Origin: Bacteroidota bacterium
GTDB lineage: Bacteria; Bacteroidota; Ignavibacteria; UBA10030; UBA6906
NCBI GenBank assembly: GCA_019637975.1
Contig: JAHBUR010000004.1
Location: forward strand, 32,209-96,208
Length of the DNA: 64,000 bases
Direction: 5' to 3'
In this document: positions 18,705 to 28,099 of the stretch, in pieces
How the letters are laid out: every line of letters begins with the position of its first letter
Numbering within the stretch: position 1 is the first letter of the stretch
Notes under the pieces: generated by a model
What the model saw: only the letters and a program-made list of their open reading frames with translations
What the model was told of the DNA's origin: nothing
Database searches by the model: none
Made by a program: the position numbers and the translations under genes

Positions 18705-18855
18705 CTTTACACTGGCACTACAACTGGGGGCAGGTCACTATTTCCGGTGATCTCAGATTGTCGCATAGTTGGCTTCTGCTTCTCATGAAATTTCTGGCTG
18801 GTACCATAATCCACGTTCCTTCCAAGCGACAAGATTCTAGTAGCTAATGCGGGAA

Positions 18856-19521
18856 TTAGCAACCATATGCTTGCAGTTTTGTGCCTTGAAGGGTTGCCTT
18901 GAAAAGGGCAGGACCAAAACGAATACTCGTTGCAGTCATTTTGCCCTTCGGTGAACAGACTGTTACCATATCTCCTTTTTTGAAGGAACTCCAAGTTACT
19001 TTCTTCGTGTTCCTACATAGCTTTGTTACTGGTGTGATATCAAAGCTAAGCACTGTGTCCTTGGCCTCCAACGTGATGCGTTTTGAAGTGATCTCGGATA
19101 TTGGGAAACTGACAAGAACGAGTTTCGGGTTGATCAAATAGGTTCCCTTCCCCTGCATCATAAGTTGGCCTCCTGCACCCGTGGTAGTTCCGACGAAATT
19201 GATCTGATATTCAATGGTTTGAGAACCAAGGCCTTTACTATTCTGCGTGGCAGTGTAAGGCATAACAGCCCTTCCTTTCCGGCTGGCGGTAGAAGAATGA
19301 GGCTTCTCGAGCAGCTCCACAATTTCACTGTGATTGTTTTTTTTTGCTTCACTTAAGGCCGTACTTCCATCATTTGCAGTGAGGTTCTCTGACAGGCTCG
19401 ATAACCTCTTCGTTGCCGCATCAGCCGATGCTTGAGAATATGCAGTACTTGCACTACATCCTGCTAAGACATTGATGAAGTAAACGAACAGAAGGAGTAA
19501 AAATGAATACCGCTTGCCCAT
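18856..19521 (-). CDS. lipoprotein, hypothetical (ankyrin-like fragment)
   Basis: Signal peptide ending in the lipobox LAGC (MGKRYSFLLLLFVYFINVLAGCS). GGGAG RBS 8 nt upstream of the ATG at 19521. Confidence 0.6.
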   Translation of the reverse strand: MGKRYSFLLLLFVYFINVLAGCSASTAYSQASADAATKRLSSLSENLTANDGSTALSEAKKNNHSEIVELLEKPHSSTASRKGRAVMPYTATQNSKGLGSQTIEYQINFVGTTTGAGGQLMMQGKGTYLINPKLVLVSFPISEITSKRITLEAKDTVLSFDITPVTKLCRNTKKVTWSSFKKGDMVTVCSPKGKMTATSIRFGPALFKATLQGTKLQAYGC

Positions 19522-19634
19522 GTTGTTGACTCCCAAGGTAATATGAGACTTTCGACGTGAGGGGGATTATCGCAATCATATGTTTGCAGTTTTCACCGAA
19601 TTCTTTCCCTTGATTAGCAGGTTCTCTTCAAACG

Positions 19635-19880
19635 TCATCTTGACTTACGTGAAAACACCATCAGCAGGATAATCAGTTGTGACAGAACTTTCAAAGCGTC
19701 CTTGGAAAGAATCGCAAACACCGCAAATGAAGAAGTTAGGGCGAGCAGGAACAAGATAGCGAATGACCATACTGATAATCCGAAGATCTCCCTGATTTGC
19801 AGCAGGACAAAGGTGATGAAAACGACAAATGAGACAATCATTTTCTTGATTAGCGAGCCAATGTCCTTGCATGATATCAC
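19635..19880 (-). CDS. small membrane protein, hypothetical
   Basis: 81 aa with two hydrophobic helices. Weak evidence. Confidence 0.3.
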   Translation of the reverse strand: MISCKDIGSLIKKMIVSFVVFITFVLLQIREIFGLSVWSFAILFLLALTSSFAVFAILSKDALKVLSQLIILLMVFSRKSR

Positions 19881-19887
19881 GTACGCG

Positions 19888-20880
19888 TTAGAAGCTTATT
19901 CCGGCCGTTACAAGGATAAGAGATGAGGGTTGCTGGCCTTTGCCTATTGTCTGACCACCGGATTTGAATTCGTATTCAGGCGAACTAGCATAATAGCGAA
20001 CTGAAAGATCGAAATGCGAAATCGTAATCCCGATTCCACCGCCGTAGGCAACAGCAGTAGCTGTAGCTCTCTCAATGGTTACCGAAGCGCTTTGGCCAGT
20101 TGTGCTTCGCGCGGAGAGGGTGATTTCAGGTGATAGCCCAATTAACGCGCCAAGCAATCCTTCGCCGTGTATCCTGACGGTCGGCGAAATTGCCCCAATC
20201 ACACGGACTCCTAACATTGGCCAGATTCCTGTCCATGAGCCTGACTCCACATTGACCGTGACTGTCGGCGACACCGAACCAACACCTGCGATCACAGTAC
20301 CAAAGTCTGAGCCGTTAAACGAAACTACGGTACCAAGCAGCACCTGAATGGTTTGTCCGCTGCTATTCCATTCTATGCCTGCAGCAAAACCCGATTTCGC
20401 GAATCCGGCATCAGGAGTGCTTATATTTGATTCACCGAAATTGCCCACTGGCATTGCAAGACCACCAAACAGCGACACGGAATTGCTTTTCTCAGGATAT
20501 GTCCCGGTCGGGGTAAACTCTGAATCGAATGGTGGCCGTTCTGCAGTGGAAGGTCTTGAGGGAGGCCTTGAAGGGGGTCTCGATGGAGGCACCGGCGACA
20601 TGCTCGATTCTCTGGTGATTGAGATAACGTCGTTCATATTCAGTGTGACAAGGCTTGAATCAGCGAGTTGCACAGTCAGGGGCTCGTAGCTCAGGATCTT
20701 ACCTCGAATGTTGCTGCCACCTTTTAACATGATGACGTCCTGAGTTTCTTGGCTCTGCGCGGCCTTCTCGCTAGTCACCGCTCGGGTTGTATCTGCTGTC
20801 GGCGATTCGAGAATCCAAGTGGAGTTGGCTGTTGCTGATATGATTGTAGGGAAGACCAGGCATAAGAGTGTTTTATTCAT
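19888..20880 (-). CDS. secreted outer-membrane-like protein with a proline-rich linker
   Basis: N-terminal signal peptide, a PPSRPPSRPPSRP linker, a Gly/Ser-rich beta region and a C-terminal ...AGISF, as in OM beta-barrels. Confidence 0.55.
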   Translation of the reverse strand: MNKTLLCLVFPTIISATANSTWILESPTADTTRAVTSEKAAQSQETQDVIMLKGGSNIRGKILSYEPLTVQLADSSLVTLNMNDVISITRESSMSPVPPSRPPSRPPSRPSTAERPPFDSEFTPTGTYPEKSNSVSLFGGLAMPVGNFGESNISTPDAGFAKSGFAAGIEWNSSGQTIQVLLGTVVSFNGSDFGTVIAGVGSVSPTVTVNVESGSWTGIWPMLGVRVIGAISPTVRIHGEGLLGALIGLSPEITLSARSTTGQSASVTIERATATAVAYGGGIGITISHFDLSVRYYASSPEYEFKSGGQTIGKGQQPSSLILVTAGISF

Positions 20881-21349
20881 GATTCACATCTCCAAGTATT
20901 AGGGTGCATTCTCTTATTCTGATACGCCCATACTTCCCTGGAACAACTGATATTGATAGCCTTTGTCCGTCTGACTGATCTGCAAGGCACTCCACATAGT
21001 ACGTCTTACCTGCCTCTGCCTTGAAGACAAACTTGGCTGGTCCTCCAATAGCCTGGATCCCCGTAACAAACAGCTTGAAACGGACGGCAGAAGTAATTTC
21101 GACTTTCCCTTCCTCAATGACCACCGGAAAGTATCCCATCCTTTCCAGAATACCGATTTCTGCACCATTAACCTTCAGGTCGAACTCGGTGCTTTTGCCA
21201 TCGTCAGGACGATAGAGATATGCAATGCTGCGACCATGTGGGATGCCGGCCACCTCCTTGAAAAGCGGTCCACGACTTGAAGAGCAGCCGACACTTGATA
21301 AGGTAATGGCAAAGAGCAACCCCAAATGGAACGTGTCAATTTGTCTCAA
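20873..21349 (-). CDS. lipoprotein, hypothetical
   Basis: Signal peptide with the lipobox SSVGCSS; 158 aa. Confidence 0.55.
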   Translation of the reverse strand: MRQIDTFHLGLLFAITLSSVGCSSSRGPLFKEVAGIPHGRSIAYLYRPDDGKSTEFDLKVNGAEIGILERMGYFPVVIEEGKVEITSAVRFKLFVTGIQAIGGPAKFVFKAEAGKTYYVECLADQSDGQRLSISVVPGKYGRIRIRECTLILGDVNHE

Positions 21350-21415
21350 AAGAAGTTTCCTCCCAGCAAGAGTATAGGGCAGTTACACTGACGACCCAGC
21401 ACATCTCAACTGCTT

Positions 21416-21961
21416 TCAGAAAAAAACGTTATAGGATACGGCCAATCCACCATTGTGGTGTCGTTTGATATTGAGGCCCCTTAGAAGCGCGGAGCTCTTG
21501 CTGTAAACCGTACTCCAATCCTCAATGGCCTGTCCTATTAAGTAACCAACCAACCCGCCTCCAAGTACGGCGAGCGGTATTATGAGCGCAGTCGTAAGCT
21601 CCTCATCTGTAACCAAGCCAGGAAGGTTTGACTTTTCAGGTTCACTCCCCAACGAAATAGCTAACCCAATGCCACCGCCCATGAGAGCGCCAACCACCCC
21701 TCCGGTTAGTCCATAGTCGCCGCTATACTCTTCCATCCTCGCGACTTCACTCAAACTCATTGCGTACCTAATCGGAGAGTCTTTTACATAGTACTCGACG
21801 GAATCACTAGTTAAGACCATGTGCTGTCCATTGATAAGAACGTTATCAGCAGTATAGATTCTACCCTTGTTAATTGCTTTGGCTTCAACACGCTCATTTC
21901 CTTGCCCGAATGATGACTGGTTCATCGTGACCAGAAGTACGAAAATAGCTATCTCTTTCAT
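21416..21961 (-). CDS. secreted or membrane glycine-zipper protein, hypothetical
   Basis: Signal peptide plus a GGVVGALMGGGIGLAISLG glycine-zipper segment; terminal F. Confidence 0.5.
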   Translation of the reverse strand: MKEIAIFVLLVTMNQSSFGQGNERVEAKAINKGRIYTADNVLINGQHMVLTSDSVEYYVKDSPIRYAMSLSEVARMEEYSGDYGLTGGVVGALMGGGIGLAISLGSEPEKSNLPGLVTDEELTTALIIPLAVLGGGLVGYLIGQAIEDWSTVYSKSSALLRGLNIKRHHNGGLAVSYNVFF

Positions 21962-22223
21962 GTTAACCTCACTGATGATATTGAATGTACAGTTGATTCT
22001 GCTGTTGTGCGAATAGAACGACTATGATCATCATTACAGCGCCAGATGGAATCTCCTGCAACGGAATTTGAATATTCAGATCATCTCTTCGATTGTCTCA
22101 TTCTTCAAGCTTGACAGTAGCGAAGATCGAACTGAAAGGACGGAAGCAAGATTGGACAGTGTGCTTGTGGTTTGGCACCGACCACTCGTTCACTTGGTAT
22201 TCGTTCCGGCTTGCCTTGTACGC

Positions 22224-22256
22224 AGAAAAAAAGCCAGACTTTTTGAGTCTGGCTTC
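22224..22256 (-). terminator. intrinsic terminator downstream of the 22284..24638 gene
   Basis: Minus sense: aagccagactcaaaaagtctggctt hairpin followed by ttttttt. Confidence 0.6.
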
Positions 22257-22283
22257 CTTGACAACGGATGCACAATGGTAACG

Positions 22284-24638
22284 TTACTTCACGCTTTTCA
22301 GCGCCTCGACATACCTCTTGTTAGAAACCGGCTTGTCATGCCATGTTTCGCCATCCCAATAGCGGATTGATTTTTGGTATTCGCTCATGTAAAGCCCTCG
22401 GTCCAAGCGTCGTATGCGCCCTTTCTCCATGAGATCTTCATAAACAAGATCAAAATCGTCTCCAGTACCGATGCCGGTAACGGTGAGGTCCGTTTTGAAG
22501 TACGCCCATAGTGAGGGGGACAGTCGGTCTTCCTGACGCTCACCATCGATGTCGGCATCCTCCAACCTCAGAACGAAGGTAGATGAATCTTCGTAAAAGA
22601 TACGCCGCGCCCAATTGTACTTGTTTCGTAGCCCAAAAACCTCGCCAACAACCGTTCTTGGTATCCGGATGTAAGAGCGCTCGGTGCCTGCATCGTACCC
22701 ATCCACTTGATACTCAGCAGTGAGCGGAGAATGTCCTGACATGAAACGAGGGTCAAGTACAACAACACACGCAGATCGCAAAGCGTTGTTAGTTCCACAC
22801 AGTAGGATTTCTGTGATACCATCCCCATCCAAGTCCCACGGCAGTATATCCACCAAGTGACCAATGTGAACATAATGCGCTAGTTCTTTCCCGGTTGCTG
22901 CATCGAGCTTCATAACAATGCCGGGAAAGAACGGCGAGAGGCGTCCACTAATAATGACTTCATAAGAGCCATCATTATCAAAATCTCCTGCAATGAGCGC
23001 GTTTGGGACCAGCTCTTTCCCTTTCACGTCGGTGTTATGCGGAAAGTGGAGAGTCTTCTCCATGACTTTCGACCAAAGAGGGGTTTTGGTGCCTATCGAT
23101 TTACAGTCAATTCTTGTAGGAAAAACGCTTGCCACCCAAATAACCTCGCTCACCCCATTATGATCAACGTCGGCAAAACCTACAAACACCGTTCGAGGAC
23201 GCCGAAGATCGTCATCCTTTGAGCCCTTTACGATTGTCTCACCAACCCATATTTCGTCCACTGTCTGGCCTTGCTTGTTCTTTATGAACAACATCCCACC
23301 CTTAAATTCAAATCCAACTGGATTCTTGTCGAGCGGACCGTACCACAATCGCCAGAAAGCGACAACAAGAAAGAGAAAGGCTGCCGCAGCAATCGGGAAC
23401 CGCCACTTCCATAGCCTTCGCGCGGCGTGCTTGTGAATGGGAACACGAACCAGGTCGGAAAGCCGGCGGTCGAAAAACACCTCGCGTAAATCAGTGACGC
23501 CGACAAGAGTGAGAGTTCGATGTGGATATTTTTCCGTCAATGAGCAAAGTGCTTCTTCAGCAGCAGCAAGTTGTAGCTTCGGAAGGACAAGAAATTCAAT
23601 CCATGAAAAGAAGGCTGCCTTCACCTTCTCGGGCAGGGTTGCCGACTTGACCTCCTGCACGTAACCTTTTTCGTCAATGGCACCCGTTAACGCAACTGTA
23701 GGTCTGATCCGATAGTACTCCCGCTGCATCGATGAACGGAGTATTTCACAGCAGGTAAGCGCCGCTATGCCAAGGTTTGCCGAGAGTCCTTCGTGCATAG
23801 CATGTTCGTCTTCAAAAACCAATCTGCCGGCAACAAAATGCTTGGCTGCTTCGGGATACTTTTCTGTAATCAGATTGCGGGTGGCTGCGATTGGCGCGGC
23901 AATGATGTCGGCTGAGGTTGTGTCGGCTCCAAACACAGCAACATCTGCATAAATTTGGTCTTTACCATTACGAGATTCACCAAGGACCTCCACGCTGACA
24001 CGACGGAGGCCGCTGTCACCCTGTTCTGAATGTACCCTTACCAGGGAATGCTCGACAACAGGAATCACCACACTACGATTGGCTCCGGATATTGCCTTTA
24101 CCCAGATGGCTTCGATTTTCTTCAGGGCAGAAGTCGTCTTCTCATCCGTGGACCTTTCCACTGCCTGACGCAAACGATTCAAGGGGGGAATTGACGGATT
24201 TGTCTGGATTTCCGTGACCCAAGGTTGCAGGTTGCCTTCCTGCAACACAGACATTGCTTTGGCAAGCTCTCCAGCATATGCAAACAATGTCGCAGCAGCG
24301 AGCTTCATCTCGTTGATGTCAATGCCGTAATCACGGAAGACCACAATATCATTGTGGACCAACAACACATCTTCGGGATCACATCCAGTCAGATCGGCGT
24401 TTGACAGGATGTTTGGAAGATACTCGGTCAGTTCTGTGAGGTACGGTTCTCTGGAAATCTGACTCTTATTCAGCATTCCGAGAAATCTGGCCATCGCGAA
24501 CAAATGCTGGCGGGCTGAAGATGGAAAAGAAAGCAGGTGCTTCAGGTCTTGAAAATGCTGTTCGATATCAAGGGGGGAGTTCACTACGTCACTACAAGAT
24601 TGTTCAGAGCTATCCAGTTCATAAGCAGTGGTTGGCAC
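22284..24638 (-). CDS. membrane-anchored Lon-like (S16-type Ser-Lys) protease domain protein with a periplasmic FG-GAP/beta-propeller region (784 aa)
   Basis: GLSANLGIAALT resembles the Lon GPSAG Ser motif. ALTGAIDEKGYVQEVK...PEKVKAA resembles the Lon TGEI...GGLKEK Lys region. A single TM (IAAAAFLFLVVAFWRLWY) follows, then DxDxDG repeats (DFDNDGSYEVI, DLDGDGITEIL, DADIDGE). Confidence 0.5.
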   Translation of the reverse strand: MPTTAYELDSSEQSCSDVVNSPLDIEQHFQDLKHLLSFPSSARQHLFAMARFLGMLNKSQISREPYLTELTEYLPNILSNADLTGCDPEDVLLVHNDIVVFRDYGIDINEMKLAAATLFAYAGELAKAMSVLQEGNLQPWVTEIQTNPSIPPLNRLRQAVERSTDEKTTSALKKIEAIWVKAISGANRSVVIPVVEHSLVRVHSEQGDSGLRRVSVEVLGESRNGKDQIYADVAVFGADTTSADIIAAPIAATRNLITEKYPEAAKHFVAGRLVFEDEHAMHEGLSANLGIAALTCCEILRSSMQREYYRIRPTVALTGAIDEKGYVQEVKSATLPEKVKAAFFSWIEFLVLPKLQLAAAEEALCSLTEKYPHRTLTLVGVTDLREVFFDRRLSDLVRVPIHKHAARRLWKWRFPIAAAAFLFLVVAFWRLWYGPLDKNPVGFEFKGGMLFIKNKQGQTVDEIWVGETIVKGSKDDDLRRPRTVFVGFADVDHNGVSEVIWVASVFPTRIDCKSIGTKTPLWSKVMEKTLHFPHNTDVKGKELVPNALIAGDFDNDGSYEVIISGRLSPFFPGIVMKLDAATGKELAHYVHIGHLVDILPWDLDGDGITEILLCGTNNALRSACVVVLDPRFMSGHSPLTAEYQVDGYDAGTERSYIRIPRTVVGEVFGLRNKYNWARRIFYEDSSTFVLRLEDADIDGERQEDRLSPSLWAYFKTDLTVTGIGTGDDFDLVYEDLMEKGRIRRLDRGLYMSEYQKSIRYWDGETWHDKPVSNKRYVEALKSVK

Positions 24639-24654
24639 TCACGGCAAAGTTGAA

Positions 24655-25497
24655 TCAACAGTAGAGCCTGATTGCAAGTGTATCGGGAATACTCGCCATT
24701 GTGCAGGTTCCCGCCCCGTTCTTTAAGGGGATAAGAAGTGCTCTCCCGCTACCGTCAGTTATCAGCGCCCTTGTGATCTCCTTCTCAGACGCTGACTGTG
24801 CATTAAGGTGAAGGGTGGCCCCGTCATAATGCACAGAGAGCGTGAAGTCGGCCTCACTTGATCGAGAATGGCCTTCGTGATTGACAACATCTTCCTTGGA
24901 ATACTCAAAATGAGCGGCAGCCGTGTAAAGTAATGCAGGCATTCCTGCAACTTCCTTTGTCCGATACGTCGCCGGAACCTTGAACTCGGCAAACCCTTGC
25001 ATGTCCGTAACACACTCTACTGCAAGTTCCGGGAAGACGACGATCCCATATTCCCGCTTTCGTACATCATCGGTCAGAACGTAGAGCTTATATGTGCCGT
25101 GCGTTTTATCATACAGAATGCGGGCAACAATACTCTCTTCTTCGGAATGTAGTGCAAACGATTCAAAGCGATGCTCTATTGCAGTATCGGCAGCTAATAC
25201 AGTTGTGAAACCTGAAGGGACCGCTCTTGGCCCCGGTTTGTATACGAGAGGGCGCAACGGAACAACTCCACTCACCGGAAAAATGGAGTGTACAAAAGCG
25301 GCCGCCTTCGGTGTCCGAACATATGGACGAGCTTCCACCTCGGAATAAAAAGACTGCAGAAATTCAAGAGCCTTGAGGCATACTGGGCAGGATTGCAGGT
25401 GTTCTCTCGTTGCTGCAACCTCGTCCTCGTGAAGGGTATCCGGGGCACGCAGGTAACGCTCTAATATAATTTCATCAATGTGTTTCATGTTCCCCAA
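24655..25497 (-). CDS. zf-HC2 (ZAS-type) putative anti-sigma factor
   Basis: N-terminal HLQSCPVCLKALEF (HxxxCxxC zinc motif) in the first 50 aa; 280 aa. Confidence 0.55.
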   Translation of the reverse strand: MGNMKHIDEIILERYLRAPDTLHEDEVAATREHLQSCPVCLKALEFLQSFYSEVEARPYVRTPKAAAFVHSIFPVSGVVPLRPLVYKPGPRAVPSGFTTVLAADTAIEHRFESFALHSEEESIVARILYDKTHGTYKLYVLTDDVRKREYGIVVFPELAVECVTDMQGFAEFKVPATYRTKEVAGMPALLYTAAAHFEYSKEDVVNHEGHSRSSEADFTLSVHYDGATLHLNAQSASEKEITRALITDGSGRALLIPLKNGAGTCTMASIPDTLAIRLYC

Positions 25498-25533
25498 TCT
25501 GATTCGTAACGGTTAGCATGCCGTGCAGAAAAA

Positions 25534-26541
25534 TCAGAGCTCATCTTTCACTTTTTTAAGGAGAGCTGCACGTGTTTCTTTCAATAGATACTCTAAGAAT
25601 ACTCGATGCACTGCGTGGTACGTCTCTCTGGAGAGGTTGTCGCATTTGTCCGCCAATCTGGCGAATAACGATGTACCGTCCCCATCATTATGAATGAACT
25701 CAGCCTCCAGAGACTCTGAAATCACATCGAAGTAGATGCAGTACATGGTTTCCTCAATTTTGTTCTTGCCTACATAGCTTTGCTTCTTGTCGAATTTGAC
25801 TGTTGCTATGCATTCCTCGAGAAACGTTCGTAGCTCTTGCTGCTCAAATGATCGATCGTCCTCGGAGGCAATGGAGCTCATTTCGCCGAGACTTTCAAAG
25901 GCCGAAAGAAGAATCTGTGCGAATCCAACCAATGGGAATGCCCTGCTGTAGCAGGCCTGATCAGCGAGCTGTTTCGTAAGATCATTGAGAAGCACCCTCA
26001 AGTTCCGATTTGCACTCACCAAAGGAACAAGATACACTTCCAACAGCTCGGGAGGTATCAATGGCAGCGTAAACGCAGACGGGTTCGCATCACCAAAACA
26101 AACCCACCATTTGTCATTCACGAGCTTAACTGATGCCCGGGAGGACGATTTTGTATCTTTCAAATTTCGAATCAACTTGCGAAGATTTGGGTCAGACTCG
26201 CCGTACGCTTTGAAGATTCGGTTCGATACTTCGCTGAATACGAGTCTTCGGGTAATGCCGTAGAGAGCGGTTTCATCCATTGCCGCAATGGAGAATTGAG
26301 AATAATAGTCAACCAGTCTAGTGAATTTGTTTTCCTTGTCCCTCTCGAAGAGTTCGGCAATGCAATCAACCGCAAAGTCTTCCAAAGAAAGATGAAGAAG
26401 GAACCCTGCCAGCCTGCCGGATTTCTGTTTGGTGTACAAGTAGGCAATGGCGATCTTGTGAAATTCTTCGAATACCAAACCAACACATTTTTGTGAGGGG
26501 AAAGGCGAGATAGCACCCGAAATGATTTCTTTCAAGCTCAT
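25534..26541 (-). CDS. hypothetical protein; possibly a divergent ECF-sigma-like protein with an extended C-terminal region
   Basis: The HKIAIAYLYTK...SLEDFAVDCIAELFE segment resembles sigma-70 region 2 (..AEDLVQETF..). Region 4 is not clear. Weak evidence. Confidence 0.3.
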   Translation of the reverse strand: MSLKEIISGAISPFPSQKCVGLVFEEFHKIAIAYLYTKQKSGRLAGFLLHLSLEDFAVDCIAELFERDKENKFTRLVDYYSQFSIAAMDETALYGITRRLVFSEVSNRIFKAYGESDPNLRKLIRNLKDTKSSSRASVKLVNDKWWVCFGDANPSAFTLPLIPPELLEVYLVPLVSANRNLRVLLNDLTKQLADQACYSRAFPLVGFAQILLSAFESLGEMSSIASEDDRSFEQQELRTFLEECIATVKFDKKQSYVGKNKIEETMYCIYFDVISESLEAEFIHNDGDGTSLFARLADKCDNLSRETYHAVHRVFLEYLLKETRAALLKKVKDEL

Positions 26542-26817
26542 CGGAGACGGGGAATCATGAACTAACTCCGGAATGTGTAGACTAAAGATACGTTGAGAGA
26601 TGATGATTTACAATAGAAACCGAAGAGATTGGGGCGGCCCCTGCCGTGCATCATCAGCAAGGTCTGGAAAGAAAATCAACTGAGGGGGATGAGGGATGCA
26701 AGCAGGAATTCGATAAGGGCTACCGGGCAACTGAAGAAAAATTGCGTCTTCGCTACTGTGACATCCTTAGATTATCATTTCAAACACGGTATGATAGTGC
26801 GAACGTGTGAGCAAAGA

Positions 26818-26905
26818 TTTTGGTGGGTTGCTGGCACAGCCCTTCAAGCGTGTGAGTTTAGATTTTGGTGGGTTCCGGGCACAAACATAGTCAGGAACCT
26901 CGTCC
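26818..26905. repeat. tandem ~44-bp repeats (ATTTTGGTGGGTT..GGCACA..) upstream of the 25534..26541 gene
   Basis: attttggtgggttgctggcacagcccttcaagcgtgtgagtttag is followed by attttggtgggttccgggcacaaac... The ccgggcacagccc motif recurs at 26926 and 17300. Confidence 0.6.
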
Positions 26906-26919
26906 GCTTTGTGGACGGG

Positions 26920-27135
26920 TCCTGTTCCGGGCACAGCCCAAGGGGTATCGTTCACGCGGTACCCCTTGCTGTTTTGGATTGACGCAGCGAGCACGATCCC
27001 TCCAAAAACAGAAATGCCCCGCACGTCTGCGGGGCATCTTATTTTGTTCTTTGCATTGTACTTCTCATGTTATCTCTAACATCAGATACTCCGCAATCGC
27101 GGCGGTGTGCACACGGAAGTCGCCGCGCTGTATCT
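26920..27135. repeat. copy B of the ~218-bp direct repeat (3'UTR/terminator module of the 27151..27732 gene)
   Basis: Aligns end to end with 17295..17512. It has the same minus-sense hairpin, gccccgcagacgtgcggggc + tttctgtttttgg. Confidence 0.8.
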
Positions 27136-27150
27136 TCCCTACCAGCGGAT

Positions 27151-27732
27151 CTACTGCACGGTCTCCGTCTTCGTTCCGATGTTGCCGGGACGGTCGTTAG
27201 CCGTTACCACAACAGAGTACGCCTGTCCCGCAGGGACCTGCGCTGTTGCGGTATAGACCCACCGGTCGAGCAAGCCTCCCTCCTTCACCGCGTTGCCGCT
27301 TTCCACTTCGTTGCCGTTCGCGTCGTTGATGCGGACTTTGACGCTCGTGACTTCGAAGTCGTCTGTGGCACCGATGATGATTGTGCCTCCGGGCTCACGG
27401 TTGTACTGCGAGAGGTCGATGGAGTTGACCTCGGGAGCATTCAGGTAATCGCCGGAGATGAGACCAGCTACGGGACGGTTTCTGAGTTTTGCCGCCTCGT
27501 CGTACGGTGCACGGGCTTCCGGATCGGCAGCAACAAGTTTCACGTAGCGCCCCGCAAGACGCACGCGGGCTTGCTGTGTAACCTGCTTCTCCGTAAACGG
27601 GGCGTTCCGTTTCGGCTTGCGCCGCATCCCCGCTTTCCCGTAGCTCTCGTAGAAGACGACGTTTCCCATCCGGCCCGAGAGACCGTCGAGGAATGAGCCT
27701 AACCTTGGAGTTGCCATTGTAGTACCTTTCAA
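27151..27732 (-). CDS. hypothetical protein with an Ig-like beta-rich C-terminus
   Basis: 193-aa ORF followed by the terminator module. No catalytic motif. Confidence 0.5.
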   Translation of the reverse strand: MKGTTMATPRLGSFLDGLSGRMGNVVFYESYGKAGMRRKPKRNAPFTEKQVTQQARVRLAGRYVKLVAADPEARAPYDEAAKLRNRPVAGLISGDYLNAPEVNSIDLSQYNREPGGTIIIGATDDFEVTSVKVRINDANGNEVESGNAVKEGGLLDRWVYTATAQVPAGQAYSVVVTANDRPGNIGTKTETVQ

Positions 27733-27847
27733 TTAGTGGTTGATGTATGATTTAGGTATTCACTCCGGCCTGAGTGTTTTCTTCGTCGTCGTGCAATGCC
27801 CGGAACCACTCACTACTCCGGGCGTATCTCTCCGGTGTACTTGTCTC

Positions 27848-27925
27848 AAAGAACATTTCTTGCTACTTGTCCGCTACTTCCTTGCTATCTTGTCGCTACT
27901 TGCTTGCTACCTTGTTGCCTTTCCG
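27848..27925. repeat. CTTGCTAC(C)TTGT short tandem repeats
   Basis: cttgctacttgtccgctacttccttgctatcttgtcgctacttgcttgctaccttgttgcc. Confidence 0.6.
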
Positions 27926-28099
27926 TTGCTTTTTGGTATTGACTGTTGACGATCTCTACAGATCGGTTACACAGATGGCGTGCCAAAACAATTCGTTGCT
28001 GAAGTGTAGCAAGAAAATTGAGGATGGGGATCTGAGAGAGGTAAAAATGGGGATGTACTTCTTTCCTCAGAGGAAAATTTTGCACCGGCGGCTCGTGAC

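Larger units (their letters stand above)
17516..18737 (+). mobile_element. IS3-family insertion sequence (~1.22 kb), probably inactive
   Basis: Terminal inverted repeats TGACCTGCCCCCA at 17516 and its rc at 18725..18737. OrfA carries an HTH and OrfB a DDE domain. OrfB is split across two frames. Confidence 0.8.

Noticed and set aside
26834-26850. Sigma-54 promoter call at TGGCACagcccTTCAa
   Set aside because: The -12 element is TTCA rather than TTGC, and no enhancer-binding protein gene is adjacent. It is kept only as a low-interest note.
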